Shown: positions 55,479 through 64,000 of the stretch, piece after piece | How positions within the stretch are numbered: the stretch's first letter is position 1 | Layout of the letters: every line of letters begins with the position of its first letter | DNA from: Octopus sinensis | Taxonomy: Eukaryota | DNA length: 64,000 nucleotides | Assembly: GCF_006345805.1 (NCBI RefSeq) | Contig: NC_042999.1 | Location: 25,916,001-25,980,000, forward strand | Direction of reading: 5' to 3' | Notes under the pieces: model-generated | Told to the model about the DNA's origin: nothing | The model's input: the letters and a program-made list of their open reading frames with translations, nothing else | The model's database searches: none | Position numbers and translations under genes: made by a program

Positions 55479-56470
55479 GGGGTCTGATAAAAAGAATACC
55501 GGGTTTGACACTATAAAAAGAAAACTACAACACATCATTCCGGCTTATAATCTTCTTCGAAGAGTTCCCTTGTGAAGCCAGGCACTTTATTCAGCGACGT
55601 TTCCATAAATGGGACCATTCATGGAACTCCTCTTATGGGATAGCGAGCAGCTATCTTGAACTTCTCCAACGTCTTGAAATCTTGTCCGTTTTAAGTGCGA
55701 TCTGATTTTTGGATCAAGGTAAAAATCGGAAGTGTTTAGATCTGGGGAGTGTAGCGGTTTTTGAAACTGGGGAATGTTATACTTGGTCAGAACCTGTTGC
55801 CCAACATGCACCGAATGGGCATGTGCGTTGTCATTGTGGAGTTGCTTCTCATCGGACGCATGCCATAACACGTCACGGTAGTTTACTGTATGACCAGATG
55901 AAGCATAATCATGGAGAATAATGTCTCTGCAGTTGAAAACTCAACAATGTCTTTACATCGTTCCGATTCATTTGTGCTTTCTTCTGTCTCGGAGAAGTTG
56001 GGGTCTTCAATTATGAAGACTGAGACTTGGTTTCAGGGTCATAGCCATAGGCTACCCCTACTCATCCCTAGTTCTCAGAACGTTTTCGTCTTCTTCGACA
56101 TGATGTAGGAAAACCTGCTCAGCTGAAACCCGATCATCATTTGCTCAACTGAAAGCAGTTTTGGCACACGTTTCATTTCCAAATCGTCAATGAGAATGTA
56201 CTGAATTGAACCGTAACGAATGTTTACCTCCTCCGACTTCACACGGGCGGTGATTCGATGGTCTTTCCAAACAGCTCCTAAGTACATCTCCCACATTTTC
56301 ATCACATTTGCCGGATGCGGATCTAACAGAACCTGAGCCAGTGTCGATATTTTGTTGGTCATCTTGGAAACATTTCAATCAGTCGTACACTCCTATCCTG
56401 CTAATATACTTCCTCCATCTTGCGTAGGGCTCTGCGCAGGCAGCGCCAAACTTTTTGTGTATGATCGTTT
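55479..56470 (-). mobile_element. Mariner (DD34D-type) relic
   Basis: TA-GGGGTCTGATAAAAAG end; SRIGVYD*LKCFQD; DHRITAR; KRVPKLL; DNAHAH; LHSPDLNTSDFYL.PKIRSHLK. Confidence 0.9.
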
Positions 56471-57009
56471 GAAGGGTATTGTGAAAGCATGCATGTAACA
56501 GGGTGAGAGAATGTGCGAATACTAGGGAAAATATACTGGCAAAGCAAATGGTATGGCACATGCTCACAGGCACACACATACATGCACATGCACACGTATA
56601 TATACATATGGTACTTCTTCTAAGAGAAAATTGGAAGGTATTACTTATAAGTAGATTTACCTGAAATGAACGTAGGAGGGTGAAACGTATTTTGCCAATG
56701 TAGAGTGTCTTACGCTATATTTTGCAAAAGCGAGAAGTGTCAAAAACAGAGAAATACCACATAAAAACAAAATGGATGTGCCAAAACCTGTTGCAGAGTA
56801 GGAAAAAATGAAGACTTTGGAGGAATGTCAAAAGGTCAGTAATGAGCGGGTAACACCACAAAGCAGGGTGATAACTATAAAGAGAAACTTGATAAAGTTC
56901 AAAGGGAAGAAATAATTGTGACCAAATGTGATATAACAATGTCAGGTGGCGTAAAATCTAATGAAAACATGCTTATATTCCATATCATCAAGGGTATAAG
57001 GATGGCTTT

Positions 57010-57014
57010 ATATT

Positions 57015-57045
<31 letters not shown>

Positions 57046-57054
57046 GTATATATG

Positions 57055-57126
<72 letters not shown>

Positions 57127-57135
57127 TATGTATAT

Positions 57136-57195
<60 letters not shown>

Positions 57196-57198
57196 TAA

Positions 57199-57275
<77 letters not shown>

Positions 57276-57280
57276 ATATC
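57010..57280. repeat. Long imperfect (TA)n microsatellite (one of many in the window)
   Basis: Directly visible. Confidence 0.98.
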
Positions 57281-58424
57281 TGTCTAATTGGATCAATGTG
57301 CTCAACAAGAAAGAGTATAGATCTCGTTAGTTGGTACTGTGATGTATTATGCAGTTGGCAGCATTAATTTAAAGGAACATAAATTCTTTGGAGTGAATTT
57401 AAAAAAAGAAATGGCAGTCAATCTTAAGAACTATGCATCTTAGGTAATCACGAACGCATGTTCCAACATCTTTATCAGTTTGTTATTTCTGTCAGTGACA
57501 ACTGCGAATATTCCAAACTGCCAATTAAATAACTCCGACAACATATTTGTAAAACAACAAAAGAATAAAGAAAAAAACACACAGAAGCAAACACAAATGT
57601 ATAGTCGTTCATACACGCATACGCATAAAATCCATTCATGCATAAAGTCTACCCACATAATTAAGCAGACCTATGAAACATGCACACATATAAACATGAG
57701 CGCGTAAATACAGACGTTCACCAATATGCGTAGCGTGGAACACGAGGTATCCGTTTTTATACCTGTGTATATGTGTGAATGTTGTGTACGTGTGTATACA
57801 CACAAAGACACACACACATATGTTGGTTCGTAGAAGATTGTCCAATGTTCTTGATAGGTTTCTTCTTATACTTTATTTCTATTCCTAAACAGTCAAAGCA
57901 TCTCAAATTATCAAACATCTTTACCTAATGGAATCAGGTTATGATATTCGTTTTGCTCAAACATACTGAAATCAATACCAATTGTGTTAACAGTTTCTCT
58001 TTTTTTCATATTATTTCAGAAACACACGACCTCGAACGCCATGAGACCGGTTTTTCATATCCATGAAAGAGTCACACTCTCCTTTACTCCATAAATCTCA
58101 ATCTTCCAGACTTTCAGTCTCTCCTTCTCTCCCTATCCCCGCCTCTCTCCTGCTCTTCAGTACGTTAAATTAGTTTGCAGTACGAGCCTATATACCTCGT
58201 CTGCGTCTCGTTTATTGAATTATAAATCTTCCAATCTTAAAATCTCTCCCCTTACTTTTGCATCTTTCTATCCCCCCCTCTCTCTCTCTATGTATGAATC
58301 TATTGTATCACTATATTTAGCTATCTATGAAATTTATATATTTATATATACGTATACATATATAAGTTTATATATTCGTTTTGTAAGTTTCTTAATGTGA
58401 ATTTGTGTGTTGAAACAGATATTA

Positions 58425-58734
58425 TTGTATTTGGGGATGGTCATGTTGCCAGTGTAGCCAATAAAGACACACGCACTATATATTTGGTGTTCATTGCTTC
58501 AGCTTTATTTTTATATTAATGCCATTTCGGCCAGATTTCTTTTGTCACACTTCTGTGACCTCATCAGTGGTCCTTTGCTTTCTTTTTTGTGTGCCTTTCT
58601 AAAGAATGATAGGCTATTTTGTATACATATTGCATGTGTCTTTATTTGCGGATGCATATATCTCTGTGTGTGTCTATGTTTAGTATGTGTGTGTGTGTGT
58701 GTATGTATATAAACATGACCATCCCCAAATACAA
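58425..58734. mobile_element. Element bounded by perfect 23-bp inverted repeats, with a hammerhead-like motif at 58529-58573 (minus)
   Basis: TTGTATTTGGGGATGGTCATGTT / AACATGACCATCCCCAAATACAA. Confidence 0.8.
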
Positions 58735-58787
58735 CAGTATATATATATATGTTTAAATTTATATGTAAGTCTATATGTGTGTGCATC

Positions 58788-58853
<66 letters not shown>

Positions 58854-61336
58854 CACACACTAACACATACGAACAGACACAAACACACTCACATAAATAT
58901 ATTCGCATGTGGGAGGGAGCACGTGGCTGGTTTCTGCGTTAGTCTGTACATACGTATTATATACATGTGTACTTACATACACACACATGCATATATGTGT
59001 GCGTCTGTGTGTGAACATGCGTAATCACCAAGCTATAAAACTACCTAACTGAGTATGTATGAGTGTAGAAGCATGTATGCATATGTGTGCGTGTGTATCA
59101 GTATACACATACCTCTCTAAGCATGTATGGAATTATCTATTCATCATAGAGTATTACAAGTTATTGGTTGCTCTGTGTAAATCTTCTCATAATCTAGCTT
59201 TCAACTATCAACAATAAAGCCAATACGTCTATAGGTCAACTCTTTAAACATGCCAGCTAATAAATTTAAGTCCAATTTATTAAAGCTCAACCACTAACAA
59301 GATGCGGTGAAAAAATCGATGAATTATTTGCTATTAAATAAATTGACGAAGATAGAATGTCTCAAACTGTAATGTTGGAAAAACTAAGCAAAACCGTCAC
59401 GTATGATTTACATGAGATTTAACTGCGCAAATAATTATAAAGATAAATGCAGACTGAGTTAGGAAACTGGTGAAAAAGAGATGATAATGTCATAGAATAT
59501 CATCGACCAATAAGCATCTGGCTTTTGGTCAGTGGCATATTTATAGAGTTCGTGACCAACATATCATTCAGAAACTGATTGGTAAATACGTAGTGAGTGA
59601 TCGACATATTTGCTAGTTGGCAAAGATACATAAAAAAGCGTTGAAAATTAAACAAACTTAATTGCATATTGCATAGTTTCGCTAAAACCGCACAGCTGGT
59701 TTAAACAGTAGATGCTACGTTAAACACCATGCATGGTTTCATACACTAATGGATCTTTAGAGAAGGACCACCTTCCAGTTGCTGTGCCTGCTGAGATATT
59801 GTAGACAACTTTCCATCAAATCTCATCCATAAGTTATAGTCTTAAAAGTGGAAGCACATACTCAACTGTATACATTCACATGTAGATACACATGAGAAGG
59901 TAACGGTTACAAGGGCTTTAATTCGGGATCAAATAAAACCAACTTCACGATGTTGACAATGACGTTGTCCTCTGACAACACAGCAACCACCTCTAACACC
60001 ACCACTAACACCCTCACTTCAACAACCATTTTATTTCATCATTATTGCTAAATAACAAAAACAAAACCAACTAAGCTTGCTGCTATGTTCCTTAAATAGA
60101 AACAAGAAGCTACGTTTGCTCCTGTCAAATATTTGAACATTTGATTTATCAGACTGACCGGAAACCACAAATATTATAGAGAATAGGATAAATACAGTTT
60201 CGCTCTTGTCTATAGGAAACAGGTTTCTTTTAAGCGATTTAATGTAAGGAATGGCAATAAGCTAACATTTAAGAAAACTGTGGTGACTTAAAAGAGATAT
60301 AATGTTAGTTACTGTCTCAAATAATTTGATGAATTCGGCGAATGTTTTAGTGGAAAACTAGAATGCTATAACGATATAAATGTAAATGGACTGCATAAAA
60401 AAGAAATAAGCATTAACATAACGATGGGAGCATGAATAAACTGGCAGGGCACATGAGCAAGCGTTGTTCACACAAACAATGCACCGTCGGAAATATATTC
60501 TTCTACACATTCGTCATTATCAACTCGTCAGCGCCAACTTCAAATTCCTTATTATCAGACTCGATTATGCATCGTCTATTTCGATTTCCTCATCGTCAAC
60601 TTTAATATTGTCATCGTCAAGTTACGTGTCTCCATTTTAAGATGTAGCGAATATATATATTTTTTATTAGGAAGAGATATTGATATTAGTGATTAATTGA
60701 ATCAACTATAAAAGTATGTAAACATTAAAATAGTTCGTGGAGGATAATAAGCTTTGGACGATAACATTTTTTTCGCAACGCATATTACATTATGTATATA
60801 TGCATATGCATACATACAAACATATATGTGTATATATGTATATAGATCCACACACTCATCCAGCCCCATTCCCACATCTATATACGCACACTGACCTTTA
60901 CCTAGTACAGTAGATATAAAACTACTCATACTATATGCATATATACGCAACAAGAAGAAAAGGAAATATAACCAGTTTTAAACTTTTATTCCATATTCCT
61001 ATTTATTAAGTCTTTTAGCATATTAAAATAAATTCAGCAACCATTTACGGGAATCAAATTCAGCCCCGAAACGATCAAAAATTCTGCATACGTAAATAAG
61101 GAAACACAAGCTTTGTCTCAATAATATTTTATCTCTGTAGAGTATATAGTACATTCCGTGCGTATAATGAACGCATATATATTTACGACAATGGATGGTG
61201 CAATATTTTTTATTATACACAGCTTCTAATGTTCTACATGCAGTTTTAATGCTAAATACAATTCATTTATGATCCTGCCACCAGAAAAGACTAATGTGAA
61301 TGTCTGTACAATATGTGTGTGTGTATGTGTGTATGT

Positions 61337-61384
<48 letters not shown>

Positions 61385-62741
61385 CAAATCCTCCTTGCTG
61401 CAGTTACGATATTTCAAAGGGCAATGATGTAATTGAGACAGCTGACAACATAATCGAGACTGATGGTAAGGAAAATGACATTGACGAATTTGAAGTTGAC
61501 GTTGATGAGATAAGAAGTGACGATAGGACTTAGCAGGAGGAAACCTCTATGAATAATGCAGTAATTTTTGTCTACTTTATACTGTATTGTACAACCTGTT
61601 AAATGTATATATTAATAGATGAGCATCGTCTGGATAATCTCGATACTTTTGATTTCCAGACCTGCATCACATTCACACTTAAAATTAGGCCACATCGTCA
61701 CCTCTCTGCGAAATGCTGAAAACATTCGACCAAATATTCATTCTTATTTCAGTTCATTGAACAATCAACAACGCATTGTTGGCAATTTTGAAAGAAATTC
61801 AGCCCTCAATCCGTGCATCTATCCATCAATTTATGCATCCATCTACCCATCATTTAAGTGTTTCAGTAAGTTGACTTCATCCATGCTGCAGTGCCGCCTT
61901 CAATGGGTTTTTCGTCGAAGAAATCGCCCCCGGGACGTCTTCCTTATCAGCTTAGTACTTATTCTGTCGGTCTCTAGTGCCGGACCGCTAAGGAACCGGG
62001 ACCTAAACACACCAACATCTGTTGTCAGACGATGTTGGCGAGACAAACAAACACAAGTAAATATTCATGCACCAAGTTCTCTCAAACAAACATGCATACT
62101 CATGCATCTGTGTAATTATATGTATAAATATATATAATATTGTGTGAGTGTTAGTGTGTGTGTGTGTGTGTGTATGTGAATACACGATATTCAGGTATAC
62201 ATATATATGTATAAACGTACATGTCCTGTTGTTTAGAGTATTGAAAATAATATCACCAGATCGTGGCTTCGATTCTCAGAACAGCTGTGTGTTGTATTCT
62301 TGAGCAAAGCAATGTATTTAACGTTGCTCGAGGCAACTCATAAGAGAAAGGAATCCACTGATCTGCACATACATACATACATACATACACATATACATAC
62401 ATACATACATACATACATACATACATACATACATACACACATACATACATACATATAAACAGACAGACAGTCAGACAGACGCACACGTACAGTTTTCGTT
62501 TCTAATATATGTATTTGTGTGATAATGTATTCTAGTCCAATTCTTTACTGTTCGTTTTAATCCAGGTACATGCAATTGTATGAATTAAAAGATTAATTTA
62601 CACGTGAAACGAGATTTGTTTGTAAATATAAATGCTAGTGGACACTTTACACAAGCTCTCAGTACGCATGTTGAACATAATAATGTTATTCATTGTGAAT
62701 TTAACAGAAACTTGATAACATATAGCGGAAAGCGCATGTGA

Positions 62742-63152
62742 CGGCGAGCTGGCAGAACGGTCAGCACACCGGGTGAAATCATTTGTGGTATTTCGTTCGC
62801 CGCTGCGTTCTGAGTTCAAATTCCGCCGAGGTCCACTTTGCTTTTATCCTTTCGGGGTCGATAAATTAAGCACCAGTTTTGCACTTGGGTCGATATAATC
62901 AACTTAATCCGTTTGTCTGCTCTTGTGTGTCCCCTCTGTGTTTAGCCCCCTGTAGGTAGTAAAGAAATAGGTATTTCGTCTGTCTTTACGTTCTGAGTTT
63001 AAATTCCGCCAAGGTCGACTTTGCCTTTCATCCTTTTGTGGTCGATAATTAAGTACCAGTTACGCACTGGGGTCGATGTAATCGACTTCATTCCTTTGTC
63101 TGTCCTTGTTTGTCTCCTCTATGTTTAGCCCCTTGTGGGCAATAAAAAATAA
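62742..63152 (+). mobile_element. Head-to-tail dimer of SINE family C
   Basis: One head and two bodies joined at AAGAAATAGGTATTTCGTC. Confidence 0.9.
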
Positions 63153-63339
63153 GAAAGTGCATATGAACATATTGCAGTTGAGTTTACTTGTTAAGTTGTG
63201 AAATTTCGAATTATTGCAGGTTTTGCGGTTCGTTGTTTTTCTGAAGTCATTAGAGTGTGGGGCAAAATACACTGCAGTGTTTACGTCTAGCATACTAATA
63301 TATTCTGAATTTAGACAAGAGCAACTCCCGCTACATTTT

Positions 63340-64000
63340 TAATTCATTTTGAGTCGAAATGTATATTCATTGACCTATATGGTACCGACTTAGCTCTCCC
63401 CGTATGTAACTCTGTGACAAATTTAGCAATTGAGGCTGGAGGGTTTTTACCTTCATTTTTACCTTCGACGACTGGCTCAGGATGATGTTCATACCAGTAA
63501 GCAGGAGTGCCGATTTTGTAGTGTTTGCATATTTTCCAATGTAAATACTGTCCTAACCTACCGTGGCAATATTTGTCTTCGTCAAGAGTGTCGTAGAATG
63601 TGAATTTAGGGTCAGAATCATTTTGAAGAATGTTAAACTTGTAGTTTTCGATAAGCATGTTTTCATCTTTTGCCGCCATTATGAAATATTCAGTCTCTGC
63701 TTTCAATTCTGAGCTTCTCAGCCACTAATGGGTCATTGCTTGGTCTACATCAGCATTTCGGCTTCGAAGTCTATGCTTCCCACAGAGAGGCTCCTGGATC
63801 CACAGCTCCTCAATTTGTTTCTGTCAGTTCTCTTTCGATGTCTGTTTGATCCGTTTTGTCTTTACGTTGTAGTGGTTTCAGGTTCTTCATCTAATTCAGG
63901 ATTAATACCAAGATTCCTTGCGAATTTGCAAGCTTCCTTGACAATAGAACATGAGTTTTTGCTCCTTTCCAGTTGGCACACAAGCCACTGGATAAGTACT
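63340..64000 (-). mobile_element. R4/Dong-like LINE C-terminal fragment
   Basis: WLRSSELKAETEYFIMAA; HGRLGQYLHWKICKHY; WYEHHPEPVVEG. Confidence 0.88.

Overview
AT-rich, microsatellite-dense metazoan non-coding DNA. It is most likely from an octopus or other coleoid cephalopod; this is inferred from the SINE families and repeat landscape, not from a search. I find no intact host gene, rRNA, true tRNA gene or CRISPR array. The window is a transposon graveyard: at least 4 tRNA-derived SINE families (some as head-to-tail multimers), Helitrons, one Tc1 and three mariner relics, a Buster/Charlie-type hAT relic, R4/Dong and RTE-type LINE fragments, a MITE with internal (CCCTAA)n, and several local duplications. 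The most interesting signal is a set of minimal type-I hammerhead-ribozyme-like motifs in short non-coding elements of unrelated sequence. Three fold well: a canonical core in a 349-bp direct-repeat unit, a compensatory G3-C8 core inside an inverted-repeat element, and a C4-variant core. About eight more are degenerate. All three well-folded motifs have the palindromic stem III typical of dimer-acting Penelope-associated hammerheads. All folds and translations were done by eye.
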